A stretch of DNA of 58,858 nt from a virus. Lineage: Duplodnaviria > Caudoviricetes. This document shows, in pieces, positions 37,384 through 47,058 of this stretch. The position numbers and the translations under genes were made by a program. The notes below the pieces were generated by a model. It made no database searches. It was not told the origin of the DNA and saw only the letters and a list, made by a program, of their open reading frames with translations. Position 1 is the first letter of the stretch; every line of letters begins with the position of its first letter. The DNA lies in the IMG/VR virus record IMGVR_UViG_3300022909_000024, positions 1 to 58,858 of that record. One strand, given 5' to 3'.

Positions 37384-37573
37384 ATGGATCTAGCCGCGAC
37401 CCTACCTACCCCCGACCCCCCTTTGCTGCTATGGGACTCCACACATCTCTTAGTATTACTAATTCACTCAAATAACGACGTGTTTTTATGTTTGGTACCC
37501 CCCTAACATGTTCCTGCTAGACCCCTACCCCCCTTACATAGGAAACACCCCCGGTAGGAGTCCCAACTTAATG

Positions 37574-37601
37574 TTGCAAAAAATTATTTTTCATGTACAT
37601 T
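37574..37601 (+). promoter_or_regulatory. Possible promoter for the late arm
   Basis: TTGCAA-16 nt-TACATT upstream of 37633. Confidence 0.35.
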
Positions 37602-37632
37602 TGCGGTAACGGTTAACAACCTGCGTACATTT

Positions 37633-38259
37633 ATGACCATAGTGCTCAATTCAGAAGTGGGCGTACCCTTATCTGTAGACATGACGTATTCAGATCTGCG
37701 CCAACGTGCCGAAGCTGCATGCAATACCGCGTTACTACTTGCGGATAACGGGTTAGATATAACGCCCAACAACGAAGACCGCGATGTAGCAGCGGGTATA
37801 GCCGTAGAATACGCTGAAAACCCGGTAAAAACGTCGAAGAAAGTGTCTAATGCTCGCGTAGCCAAGATGACCCCTGCGTCATTGATCTTGACAAACAACA
37901 TCCTGCAAGAGTTTGGGCAATCTGTTGCCGAAAGTGCCACCCAGATACGACACCTAGTTACCAACAAGCTCCTACTTGAGTCAGAGAACCCAGACCCACG
38001 GGTAAGAATCCGTGCATTGGAGTTGTTAGGCAAAATATCTGACGTTAGTTTGTTTGCAGAGAAGTCTGAAGTGACAATAACGCACCAATCTACCGACGAT
38101 TTGCGGGCAAAACTGCGCCAAAAGCTAGAAAAATTAGTAAATCCACCCGAAGAACTGGATGCACCCGTAGTTTTGGATGGGGAAGTCATCGATGTGGACG
38201 AGGTGTTAGGGTTTAAGTCAGAAAAAACGGTAGAAGACGCGGAGTACGACGATGAGTGA
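37633..38259 (+). CDS. Probable terminase small subunit
   Basis: Directly upstream of and overlapping TerL; RIRALELLGK helix. Confidence 0.6.
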   Translation: MTIVLNSEVGVPLSVDMTYSDLRQRAEAACNTALLLADNGLDITPNNEDRDVAAGIAVEYAENPVKTSKKVSNARVAKMTPASLILTNNILQEFGQSVAESATQIRHLVTNKLLLESENPDPRVRIRALELLGKISDVSLFAEKSEVTITHQSTDDLRAKLRQKLEKLVNPPEELDAPVVLDGEVIDVDEVLGFKSEKTVEDAEYDDE

Positions 38260-39805
38260 GGTTGCACTAGACTTCACTGAAGAAGAAATCCAAGTCATGT
38301 TGGATAATCTTGACGAATACACCCCTGATGAGGTGGTGGAGATAGATAAACTTGTTGATGAGTTAGACGCTCGTAAGAGAAACAAGTTAGCGTACGACGA
38401 TCTAATAGAGTTTTGTAAGGCGATGCAGCCTGACTACATTGTAGGAAAGCATCATCGCATTCTCGCAGATATGCTCATGGCGATTGAGCAAGGGGATAAA
38501 GACCGTATCTGCGTAAATATTCCGCCCCGCCACGGAAAATCACAACTAGTGTCCATATTCTTCCCGGCGTGGTTCTTGGGGCGGAACCCCAATAAAAAGG
38601 TCATGATGGTGTCACATACCACCGATCTGGCCGTCGATTTTGGCCGAAAAGTCCGTAACTTGATTGCGATAGAAGCGTACAAAGCCATATTCCCTACGGT
38701 TAACTTAGCCGCAGATTCTAAGTCTGCTGGACGATGGAACACCAGTGTAGGGGGAGAGTACTATGCCTGTGGTGTCGGCTCTGCGTTGGCTGGACGAGGT
38801 GCTGACCTGCTTCTAGTGGATGATCCGCACTCTGAGCAGGATGTGATTAACGGTAACTTCTCGGTGTTTGAGAAAGCCTACGAGTGGTATACGTTCGGTG
38901 CACGGACACGTTTGATGCCGGGGGGACGGGTGGCGATCATTCAAACCCGATGGCACATGGATGACCTGACAGGACGTGTAGTTAGGGATATGGCCCAGAA
39001 TGAGCGGGCTGATGAGTTCGAGGTGATTGAGTTCCCCGCCATATTGGACACGACGGACAAACAAACGGGTGCTTCAGTACAGAAACCATTATGGCCTGAG
39101 TTCTTTGATCTAGAGGCACTGCTGCGAACTAAAGCGTCAATGCCAGTGTTCCAGTGGAATGCTCAGTATCAGCAGGAACCGACAGCGGAAGAGGCTGCGC
39201 TTATTAAGCGGGAGTGGTGGCAGCATTGGGAACAAGAAGACCCACCCAACTGTGAATATATTATCATGTCGCTTGATGCTGCGGCAGAGAAGCATAACCG
39301 TGCTGACTTTACGGCATTAACGACGTGGGGTGTTTTCTTTAACGAAAATGAAGATGCCTACCACATCATATTACTTAACAGCATTAAAAAGCGATTAGAG
39401 TTCCCCGAGCTTAAAGAGTTGGCGATGGAAGAGTATGCAGACTGGGAACCAGACTCGTTTATTGTAGAGAAAAAAAGTTCTGGCGTAGCGTTGTATCAGG
39501 AGATGCGACGTATGGGATTACCAGTACAAGAATATACGCCACACAGAGGGTCTGGTGATAAACTAGCGCGTTTAAATTCTGTTGCTGATATTGTAGCATC
39601 AGGTCTTGTATGGATACCTACAACACGATGGGCGGAAGAAGTAGTTGAAGAGATTGCTGGATTTCCGTTTATGAGCCATGATGACTTGGTGGATTCGACT
39701 GTTATGGCATTGATGCGTTTTAGACAAGGTGGATTCATACGCTTACCAACTGACGAACCTGACGAGATTCGTTACTTCAAACAACGACGCGGCGGGTACT
39801 ACTAA
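38252..39805 (+). CDS. terL: Terminase large subunit
   Basis: PPRHGKS Walker A, LLVDDPH Walker B, QTRWH, MSLDAA and HDDLVDS nuclease motifs. Confidence 0.92.
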   Translation: MSEVALDFTEEEIQVMLDNLDEYTPDEVVEIDKLVDELDARKRNKLAYDDLIEFCKAMQPDYIVGKHHRILADMLMAIEQGDKDRICVNIPPRHGKSQLVSIFFPAWFLGRNPNKKVMMVSHTTDLAVDFGRKVRNLIAIEAYKAIFPTVNLAADSKSAGRWNTSVGGEYYACGVGSALAGRGADLLLVDDPHSEQDVINGNFSVFEKAYEWYTFGARTRLMPGGRVAIIQTRWHMDDLTGRVVRDMAQNERADEFEVIEFPAILDTTDKQTGASVQKPLWPEFFDLEALLRTKASMPVFQWNAQYQQEPTAEEAALIKREWWQHWEQEDPPNCEYIIMSLDAAAEKHNRADFTALTTWGVFFNENEDAYHIILLNSIKKRLEFPELKELAMEEYADWEPDSFIVEKKSSGVALYQEMRRMGLPVQEYTPHRGSGDKLARLNSVADIVASGLVWIPTTRWAEEVVEEIAGFPFMSHDDLVDSTVMALMRFRQGGFIRLPTDEPDEIRYFKQRRGGYY

Positions 39806-39816
39806 GAGTATAAATT

Positions 39817-42294
39817 ATGGCTATTGAAAAAGGGTTATATGCAGCACCAGAAGGTATGGACGACCTGCTTGAAGGTGAGATGATGGATGATGATCTTGAA
39901 GGCGGTGCACTAGAGATAGAGATTGTTGACCCAGAACGTGTGACGTTATCTGACGGTAGTATGGAGATCACATTAATCCCCGATGCAGATGAAGCAGATT
40001 TAATGTCGTTCGATGCTAACCTTGCAGAAGCCTTAGACGATAGCGAGTTACAAGAACTTGCACAGGATTTAATTGGGCTTATCGATGCTGATACCGATAG
40101 CCGAAAAGATTGGGCTGATACGTTTGTCAAAGGACTAGACGTATTAGGGTTCAAGTACGAAGAGCGTACAGATCCGTGGGACGGTGCCTGCGGGGTTTAC
40201 TCTACTGTACTGGCCGAAGCCGCTATACGTTTCCAAGCGGAAACAATGAGTGAGACTTTCCCAGCCGCTGGCCCTGTTCGTGTAAAGATATTAGGCGAAG
40301 AGACACCAGACAAAGCCGAAGCCGCTGATAGGGTAAAAGCGGATATGAACTATGAGCTGACCGAGCGTATGGTGGAGTATCGGCCAGAGCACGAACGCCT
40401 GCTATATAGCCTAGGATTGGCTGGTTCGGCATTTAAGAAAGTGTATTACGATCCGAGTTTAGGGCGTCAGGTAGCCATATACATCCCTGCGGAAGACGTG
40501 ATTGTACCTTACGGTGCGTCCCATATTGAGACTGCTGAACGTGTTACGCACGTCATGCGGAAGACCAAGAACGAGTTGAAGAAGCTACAAGCGATGGGGT
40601 TCTACCGTGAGGTAGACCTCGGTGATCCACAGCCGTTCCATACAGATATTGAGAAGCGAAAGGCTGAAGAAGGTGGGTACTCTATCACCGACGATGACCG
40701 GTACGCTGTGTACGAGGTGCATGCAGATCTTGTTATTGATGGGATTGACGAGGATGAGGAAGAGATTGCAAAGCCCTATGTTGTTACCATTGAACGAGGT
40801 ACGGGTAACGTCCTAGCGATACGTCGTAACTGGAGTGAAGAAGATCCGCTGATGTTGAAGCGTCAGCACTTTGTGCATTATGTATATGTGCCGGGGTTTG
40901 GGTTTTACGGTCTTGGTTTGATCCACATTATCGGTGGGTACGCCCGTGCGGGTACTTCACTGATCCGTCAGTTAGTTGATGCTGGTACGCTGTCTAACTT
41001 ACCCGGAGGGTTGAAATCCCGTGGTCTGAGGATCAAAGGTGATGACTCGCCCATTGAGCCGGGTGAATGGAAAGACGTGGATGTACCGTCTGGAAGCATT
41101 CGTGACAATATCATGCCGCTTCCGTACAAGGAGCCAAGCCAAACTCTATTAGCCCTGTTGAACCAGATTACCACTGAAGGCCGTCGGTTAGGTGCGATCA
41201 GTGATATGAACATATCTGACATGTCGGCTAACGCTCCGGTAGGAACGACGCTGGCGTTGTTAGAACGTACGCTTAAGCCTATGGCTGCGGTACAGGCCCG
41301 TGTTCACTACGCGATGAAGCAAGAGTTCAAGATGCTCAAAGCGTTGATGGCAGAGTATGCGCCCACTGAGTACGACTATATCCCCATGCGGGGTGAGGTC
41401 AGTGCGAGGGTAGCGGACTACATGATGGTGGATGTGATCCCTGTCAGTGATCCTAACTCGTCAACGATGGCCCAGCGGGTTGTACAGTACCAAGCGGTAT
41501 TACAGATGGCGCAGAGCGCCCCGCAAATCTACGACCTACCACAGCTACACAGGCAGATGATCGAGGTATTAGGAGTTAAAAATGCAGATAAACTTGTCCC
41601 GACTCAGGACGACCTTAAACCGACTGATCCGGTTAGTGAGAATATGGATGCACTCGTTGGCAAACCGGTTAAAGCGTTTATATACCAAGACCACCAAGCG
41701 CACATAGCGACTCACCAGTCGTTTATGCAAGACCCTATGGTAGCCCAAATGATAGGTCAAAATCCGCAGGGGCAGGCTATTATGGCCGCTCTGCAAGCGC
41801 ACTTAGCGCAACACCTAGGGTTCCAGTATCGGACGCAAATAGAAGAACAACTGGGTGCAGCGTTACCACCACCCAACGAAGAGTTGCCTGAAGAGATCGA
41901 AGTAACCCTTGCACAGCTTATGGCGAAGGCAGGTACACAACTCAGTCAGGCAAACCAACAGAAACAGGCACAAGCACAGGCTCAACAACAAGCGCAAGAT
42001 CCCATATTCCAGCTACAGCAACGCGAAGTGGCGATCAAAGAACAAGAAGTACAGCGTAAGGCCCAGAAAGATGCCGCAGAAATCCAGCTTCGTATGGCTG
42101 AACAAGAGCGCATAGCGCAAAAAGATGCACTTGATTCTGCTATTGACACTAAGAAGTTAGGGTTAGATGAGAAAGAACTAGAACTGGAAGCTCAAAAAGA
42201 AGGGTTGAAGCTCGCTAAATCGACTACTGAATCGCAAGATAAACTTAGTCTAGATTTGCTTCGGCTTATCGAACAACAAAATAAGGGTCAATAA
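39817..42294 (+). CDS. Portal protein
   Basis: 825 aa after TerL; GSAFKKVYYD, GFYGLGLIH; long Q-rich C-terminal coil. Confidence 0.85.
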   Translation: MAIEKGLYAAPEGMDDLLEGEMMDDDLEGGALEIEIVDPERVTLSDGSMEITLIPDADEADLMSFDANLAEALDDSELQELAQDLIGLIDADTDSRKDWADTFVKGLDVLGFKYEERTDPWDGACGVYSTVLAEAAIRFQAETMSETFPAAGPVRVKILGEETPDKAEAADRVKADMNYELTERMVEYRPEHERLLYSLGLAGSAFKKVYYDPSLGRQVAIYIPAEDVIVPYGASHIETAERVTHVMRKTKNELKKLQAMGFYREVDLGDPQPFHTDIEKRKAEEGGYSITDDDRYAVYEVHADLVIDGIDEDEEEIAKPYVVTIERGTGNVLAIRRNWSEEDPLMLKRQHFVHYVYVPGFGFYGLGLIHIIGGYARAGTSLIRQLVDAGTLSNLPGGLKSRGLRIKGDDSPIEPGEWKDVDVPSGSIRDNIMPLPYKEPSQTLLALLNQITTEGRRLGAISDMNISDMSANAPVGTTLALLERTLKPMAAVQARVHYAMKQEFKMLKALMAEYAPTEYDYIPMRGEVSARVADYMMVDVIPVSDPNSSTMAQRVVQYQAVLQMAQSAPQIYDLPQLHRQMIEVLGVKNADKLVPTQDDLKPTDPVSENMDALVGKPVKAFIYQDHQAHIATHQSFMQDPMVAQMIGQNPQGQAIMAALQAHLAQHLGFQYRTQIEEQLGAALPPPNEELPEEIEVTLAQLMAKAGTQLSQANQQKQAQAQAQQQAQDPIFQLQQREVAIKEQEVQRKAQKDAAEIQLRMAEQERIAQKDALDSAIDTKKLGLDEKELELEAQKEGLKLAKSTTESQDKLSLDLLRLIEQQNKGQ

Positions 42295-42488
42295 TGGCTA
42301 AAACCGTCTTAGACGTGCTTAAAGATAAATTCGAGGAAGATAAATCCTCTGCACTACAGTTTCTTGGTAATGGGGGAGCAAAAGACTTTGCCCAATACAA
42401 GGAGGTTACAGGTATGGTTCGGGGTCTCGAAACCTGTATCGGATACGTAGAAGACCTCTCGCGCAATATGGAAGAATACGATGAGTGA
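42294..42488 (+). CDS. Small conserved head-module protein
   Basis: 64 aa, overlaps both neighbours. Confidence 0.6.
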   Translation: MAKTVLDVLKDKFEEDKSSALQFLGNGGAKDFAQYKEVTGMVRGLETCIGYVEDLSRNMEEYDE

Positions 42489-42873
42489 AGCAATAAAAAC
42501 GTTAGCCCCTGAAGACATGCTAACGCAAGAAGAGATAGAGGCGCAGCTACCTAAACCCGTAGGTTATAGGGTGTTGGTCGCGTTACCACAAGTTGAAGAG
42601 ACGTTCGGGGATACCGGACTGCTTAAATCTTCAAACACAATAAGCCAAGAACACATTATGTCGATAATCGGTTTGGTGTTGGATATGGGCGAGCAAGCCT
42701 ATTCTGACGAGGATCGGTTCCCGACAGGCCCGTGGTGTAAGCCGGGGGATTATGTGATGTTCCGTATGAATACGGGCACTCGGTTTAAAGTTGGTGGGGT
42801 TGAATATCGTTTAATGAATGATGATTCTATCGAGGCTATTGTGGCCGACCCCCGTGGTATCACACGCGCATAG
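42481..42873 (+). CDS. GroES/Cpn10-like co-chaperonin
   Basis: LPKPVGYRVLV...GDYVMF...GTRFKVGGVEYRLMNDDSIEAIV. Confidence 0.8.
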   Translation: MSEAIKTLAPEDMLTQEEIEAQLPKPVGYRVLVALPQVEETFGDTGLLKSSNTISQEHIMSIIGLVLDMGEQAYSDEDRFPTGPWCKPGDYVMFRMNTGTRFKVGGVEYRLMNDDSIEAIVADPRGITRA

Positions 42874-42882
42874 GAGGTAACC

Positions 42883-43905
42883 ATGCCATTTCAAAAAGTA
42901 GAATTTAGTTTCCCCCACGAAGACGAAGAAACTAGCACGGACATCGAAATTGAAGATTCAAGTGCTACCGAAATCGATTTGTCGGGTAAACCACAAACTG
43001 AACCTGAACCCGTAGTTGAGGAAGCGGTAGAAGATGATCTCGAAGTCGAAATTGTTGATGACACACCAAAAGCTGACCGAAACCGTAAGCCTGCTGAACC
43101 ACCAGCGGAAGTTACTGACGAGGAGCTTGCAGAGTACTCTGATAAAGTACAAAACCGAATCCGTCATTTTAGTAAAGGTTATCATGATGAACGTAGGGCT
43201 AAAGAAGCAGCGTTACGTGAACGTCAAGAGCTGGAACGATTGGCTCAACAACTGGTTGAAGAAAACAAAAAACTTAAAGGTACTGTTAGTCAGAATCAGG
43301 AAGCTTTATTAGAACAAGCTAAACGTACCGCTGCTGGTGAGATGATTCTTGCTAAACGTGCTTACAAACAGGCGTATGAAGCAGGTGATGCTGATAAGTT
43401 GGTAGAAGCACAAGAGAAACTAACTAACGCTAAAATAAAGGCTGACCGTTTAGATAACTTACGTGCCGAACCTTTACAACCAGTGGAAACTGAGGTACAA
43501 ACACAACGAATAGAAGAACAATCCGCCCCAGCACCTATTGTTGATGACCGGGCTAACGATTGGGCAGCGTCCAATACGTGGTTCGGACAAGACGACGAAA
43601 TGACAAGTTTTGCGCTGGGGTTGCATAATAAACTTGTCAAAGAGGGTGTTAACCCTCAAACTGAAGAATACTACGAGAAAATTGATTCTCGTATGCGACA
43701 AGTATTCCCCGATAATTTCGAGGATGTTGGTGAAATAGAGGCCGAAAAGCCTAAGCGAAAAGCAAATGTGGTTGCACCCGCAACGCGGAGCACAGCCCCT
43801 AAGAAAATTAGGTTAACGCAAACACAAGTTGCCGTCGCTAAACGGTTAGGTCTTACACCAGAACAATACGCCAAACAGGTTGCTATAGACATGAGGAAAC
43901 AATAA
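42883..43905 (+). CDS. Probable capsid scaffolding protein
   Basis: Acidic N-terminus, long coiled coil, C-terminal VAKRLGLTPEQYAK helix pair. Confidence 0.7.
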   Translation: MPFQKVEFSFPHEDEETSTDIEIEDSSATEIDLSGKPQTEPEPVVEEAVEDDLEVEIVDDTPKADRNRKPAEPPAEVTDEELAEYSDKVQNRIRHFSKGYHDERRAKEAALRERQELERLAQQLVEENKKLKGTVSQNQEALLEQAKRTAAGEMILAKRAYKQAYEAGDADKLVEAQEKLTNAKIKADRLDNLRAEPLQPVETEVQTQRIEEQSAPAPIVDDRANDWAASNTWFGQDDEMTSFALGLHNKLVKEGVNPQTEEYYEKIDSRMRQVFPDNFEDVGEIEAEKPKRKANVVAPATRSTAPKKIRLTQTQVAVAKRLGLTPEQYAKQVAIDMRKQ

Positions 43906-44354
43906 TGGCTCAAAATAGACTAGATAGAGAGCAAACTACCCGCGAAAAGACTACTCGTAGACAGGCATGGAAGAGGCCAGAAGTTTTACCTTCACCTACC
44001 CCTGAAGACGGGTACGAGTTTAAATGGGTACGTGTAAGCACTCAAGGGCAAGTTGATGCCACTAACGTTTCTTCTAAGCTCCGTGAAGGTTGGGAGCCTG
44101 TCAGAGCAGAAGATCACCCAGAAATTACAATGGTCACCGTGGAAAACGAGCGATTCAAAGATAACGTTGTAATTGGTGGTTTGATGTTATGTAAAGCTCC
44201 TTCAGAATTATCGCAGGAACGAAACGCGCATTATGAACAACAAAATGATGCTCAGATTCATTCAGTGGATAATAACCTCATGCGAGAGAACGACCCGCGT
44301 ATGCCGCTATTTAACGAGCGGAAGACAAAGGTTACTTTTGGTAAAGGAACATAA
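43905..44354 (+). CDS. Conserved head-module protein
   Basis: 149 aa, KLREGWEPV, GGLMLCK. Confidence 0.6.
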   Translation: MAQNRLDREQTTREKTTRRQAWKRPEVLPSPTPEDGYEFKWVRVSTQGQVDATNVSSKLREGWEPVRAEDHPEITMVTVENERFKDNVVIGGLMLCKAPSELSQERNAHYEQQNDAQIHSVDNNLMRENDPRMPLFNERKTKVTFGKGT

Positions 44355-44376
44355 ACTTTAATTTGAGGAGTCTCTA

Positions 44377-44976
44377 ATGGCTTATCCAACTGTATCAGCC
44401 CCTTACGGGCTGAAGCCGGTCAACTTGGTCGGTGGAAGGGTATTTGCTGGTGCTACTCGACTGTTCCCCATTGCTTCTGGCTATGCAGCAAACATCTTCA
44501 ACGGTGATGTTGTAAAGCTAATCAATGACGGTACTATCGAAAAAGACACTGGTACTGCTACGGCCACCCCCGTTGGCGTTTTCGTTGGCTGTTCTTACAC
44601 AAGCCCTGCGCTTGGGTATCAATTGTTCAGTCAGTACTATCCCACTGGCACCGTTGCTAGTGATATCGTTGCCTACGTTGTAGACGATCCCGACGCGTTG
44701 TTCAAGGTCGCAGTAACCGCTGCTGGCACTGCAAACATCGCTTCAGTAGGTCGAACTGCTGTAGGTAATAACTCTGTGCTCATCCAGACCGCTGGAAGTA
44801 CTGCTACTGGGGATTCTAAAATCTCTATCAGCTCTACTACAGCTACCACTGCTACGCAGCCTATCCGAATCATTGACGTTGTGCCCGAAACGGCTACTGG
44901 CGCTGATGCCTTCGTAGAGGTTATCGTGAAGTGGAACTGGGGTATGCACCAGTATCAAAACGCAACTGGCGTATAA
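44377..44976 (+). CDS. Probable capsid decoration/minor head protein
   Basis: 199 aa, beta-rich, GAGGAG RBS, immediately before the MCP. Confidence 0.55.
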   Translation: MAYPTVSAPYGLKPVNLVGGRVFAGATRLFPIASGYAANIFNGDVVKLINDGTIEKDTGTATATPVGVFVGCSYTSPALGYQLFSQYYPTGTVASDIVAYVVDDPDALFKVAVTAAGTANIASVGRTAVGNNSVLIQTAGSTATGDSKISISSTTATTATQPIRIIDVVPETATGADAFVEVIVKWNWGMHQYQNATGV

Positions 44977-44989
44977 GGAGTAGTATAAC

Positions 44990-45898
44990 ATGGCAATTTC
45001 ACGCGCCCAATTACTGAAAGAACTCCTCCCCGGTCTGAACGCTCTATTTGGTTTAGAGTATGCGAAGTACGGTGAAGAGACGAAGGAGATTTTTGAAACA
45101 GAATCTTCTGATCGCTCTTTTGAGGAAGAAACTAAACTGTCCGGCTTCTCTGCCGCACCCGTCAAAAACGAAGGTTCTGCCATCGAATATGACAATGCAC
45201 AGGAAGCATGGAGTGCACGCTACACGCACGAGACGATTGCGATGGGCTTCAGTATTACTGAAGAAGCTATCGAAGATAACTTGTATGACTCACTGTCTGC
45301 TCGTTATACCAAGGCTCTCGCCCGTGCTATGGCATACACCAAGCAAGTTAAAGGTGCTACCATCTTGAACAACGCTTTTGCTGCTGGAACCACTTACGGT
45401 GACGGCCAAACGCTTTGCTCAACGGCACACCCACTTGTATCTGGTGGCACTAACTCAAACCGTCCCGCTGTAGCGGCTGATCTTAACGAAACTTCTTTGG
45501 AAGCGGCTGTTATTCAGATTGCTGGTTGGACTGATGAGCGAAGCCTGTTGATCGCTGCGAAGCCTCGCAAGCTGATTATCCCACCCAACCTCCAGTTCGT
45601 AGCAACTCGTTTGTTAGAAACTGAAGGACGTGTTGGTACTGCGGATAACGATATCAACGCACTCCGTAACAACGGCTCTATCCCTGAAGGATACGCAGTT
45701 AACCACTATCTGACTGACCCAGATGCGTGGTTCTTAATGACTGACGTACCTAACGGTTTGAAGCACTTTGTCCGTACTCCGATGTCAACGTCTATGGATG
45801 CTGATTTCGATACTGGCAACTCGCGCTACAAAGCTAGAGAGCGATATTCCTTTGGGGTTTCTGACCCACTCGGAATCTTTGGTTCTCCCGGCGCATAA
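44990..45898 (+). CDS. Major capsid protein (Mu gpT-like family)
   Basis: MAISRAQLLKELLPGLNALFGLEY N-terminus, KARERYSFG...GSPGA C-terminus, AAGGAG RBS, terminator downstream. Confidence 0.85.
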   Translation: MAISRAQLLKELLPGLNALFGLEYAKYGEETKEIFETESSDRSFEEETKLSGFSAAPVKNEGSAIEYDNAQEAWSARYTHETIAMGFSITEEAIEDNLYDSLSARYTKALARAMAYTKQVKGATILNNAFAAGTTYGDGQTLCSTAHPLVSGGTNSNRPAVAADLNETSLEAAVIQIAGWTDERSLLIAAKPRKLIIPPNLQFVATRLLETEGRVGTADNDINALRNNGSIPEGYAVNHYLTDPDAWFLMTDVPNGLKHFVRTPMSTSMDADFDTGNSRYKARERYSFGVSDPLGIFGSPGA

Positions 45899-45911
45899 AC
45901 GCGGGTACATA

Positions 45912-45942
45912 AGAGGGGGCACATGTTGCCCCTTTCTTTTTT
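45912..45942 (+). terminator. Intrinsic terminator after the MCP
   Basis: GAGGGGGCA...TGCCCCTT hairpin followed by a T run. Confidence 0.7.
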
Positions 45943-45959
45943 CTGTAGTATAAAGTAAG

Positions 45960-45995
45960 TCCTGACTGCGAAAGCAGACTTAACCCAAGACAGGA
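45960..45995 (+). ncRNA. Structured element downstream of the MCP, candidate Mu-gpT-DE-like motif
   Basis: TCCTG/CAGGA outer stem, CTGC-GAAA-GCAG hairpin, three GAC triplets. Confidence 0.4.
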
Positions 45996-46002
45996 GATTA
46001 CA

Positions 46003-46473
46003 ATGGGTACCACAACTTTTTCTGGCCCAATCCGGGCTGGTAACATCCGCAACACTGTAGGAACTACGTTAGGTAGTGATGTAGCCAACGTTGGCTATGT
46101 TGTCATGATGCAGACGCACACAATGGATCTTTCCGGTGGCGCTATTGCAGCAGGATCAACTGACATGGTTATTCCTGCAAACTCTAAAATTATCGACGTA
46201 GTTGTAGATTTAGCTACAGCAGCTAACGCTACTACCAACATTAGTGTTGGTGATACTGTTGGTGGAGCGACTACTATTCTGAACACCCTTGCAAGCGGTA
46301 CAACTGCTGGCCTAAAGACTGTTACTACTCAAGGTGGTGGCACGAACGCATGGGCAAACACTGGTACGGCTGATCTTAAATTGACGGTTACTAACAGTGC
46401 AGCAACCACCGCTGGGGAAGCAGTTATCACGATTCTGTACGCACAAGCCTACAACACTGCGGTACAGCCATAG
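46003..46473 (+). CDS. Virion structural protein (probable head decoration)
   Basis: MGTTTFSGPIRAG N-terminus, T/A-rich beta protein. Confidence 0.6.
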   Translation: MGTTTFSGPIRAGNIRNTVGTTLGSDVANVGYVVMMQTHTMDLSGGAIAAGSTDMVIPANSKIIDVVVDLATAANATTNISVGDTVGGATTILNTLASGTTAGLKTVTTQGGGTNAWANTGTADLKLTVTNSAATTAGEAVITILYAQAYNTAVQP

Positions 46474-46483
46474 GGAGTAGGTA

Positions 46484-46759
46484 ATGTCTAGTTCTGATAT
46501 CCAATCAAAACGGATTACAGGAACCGGATCATTAGGTGTTGGCCCTGCGCGTATTACGCAGATTCAAGTCCTGACTACTACTGGTTCTCCTCGTATTACT
46601 GTCACTGATGGTAACGGTGGGAATACAGTGTTAGATCTAGACTTCAGTGCAAGTTCTACGCATTCGGTCAATATCCCCGATGATGGTATCCGATGTCCTG
46701 ATGACGTTTACGTTTCGACCTTTACTGCTTGTACAGCAGCGACTGTTTTCTATAGGTAA
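46484..46759 (+). CDS. Small virion protein
   Basis: 91 aa, beta-rich, GGAG RBS. Confidence 0.6.
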   Translation: MSSSDIQSKRITGTGSLGVGPARITQIQVLTTTGSPRITVTDGNGGNTVLDLDFSASSTHSVNIPDDGIRCPDDVYVSTFTACTAATVFYR

Positions 46760-46764
46760 CGCAG

Positions 46765-47058
46765 ATGCGTGCCTACTACAAAGCGGGTGGTCAAATAAAT
46801 AAGAAAGGTATGGCTTGTAATAAGCCCCGCCGAACTCCTAACCACCCTAAAAAATCGCATGTTGTAAAGGCATGCGAGGGTGGTAAAGAGAAAATTATTA
46901 GGTTTGGAGAACAAGGTGCTAGTACTGCGGGTAAACCTAAAAAGGGTGAATCTGCACGTATGAAGGCGAAACGCAAGTCTTTTAAATCCAGACATGGTAG
47001 AAACATTGCTAAAGGCAAGAGTTCTGCTGCGTATTGGGCTGATAAGGTGAAGTGGTAA
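46765..47058 (+). CDS. Small basic protein (KIIRFG...RKSFKSRH...SAAYWA)
   Basis: 97 aa, K/R-rich, N-terminal YKAGG. Confidence 0.65.
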   Translation: MRAYYKAGGQINKKGMACNKPRRTPNHPKKSHVVKACEGGKEKIIRFGEQGASTAGKPKKGESARMKAKRKSFKSRHGRNIAKGKSSAAYWADKVKW

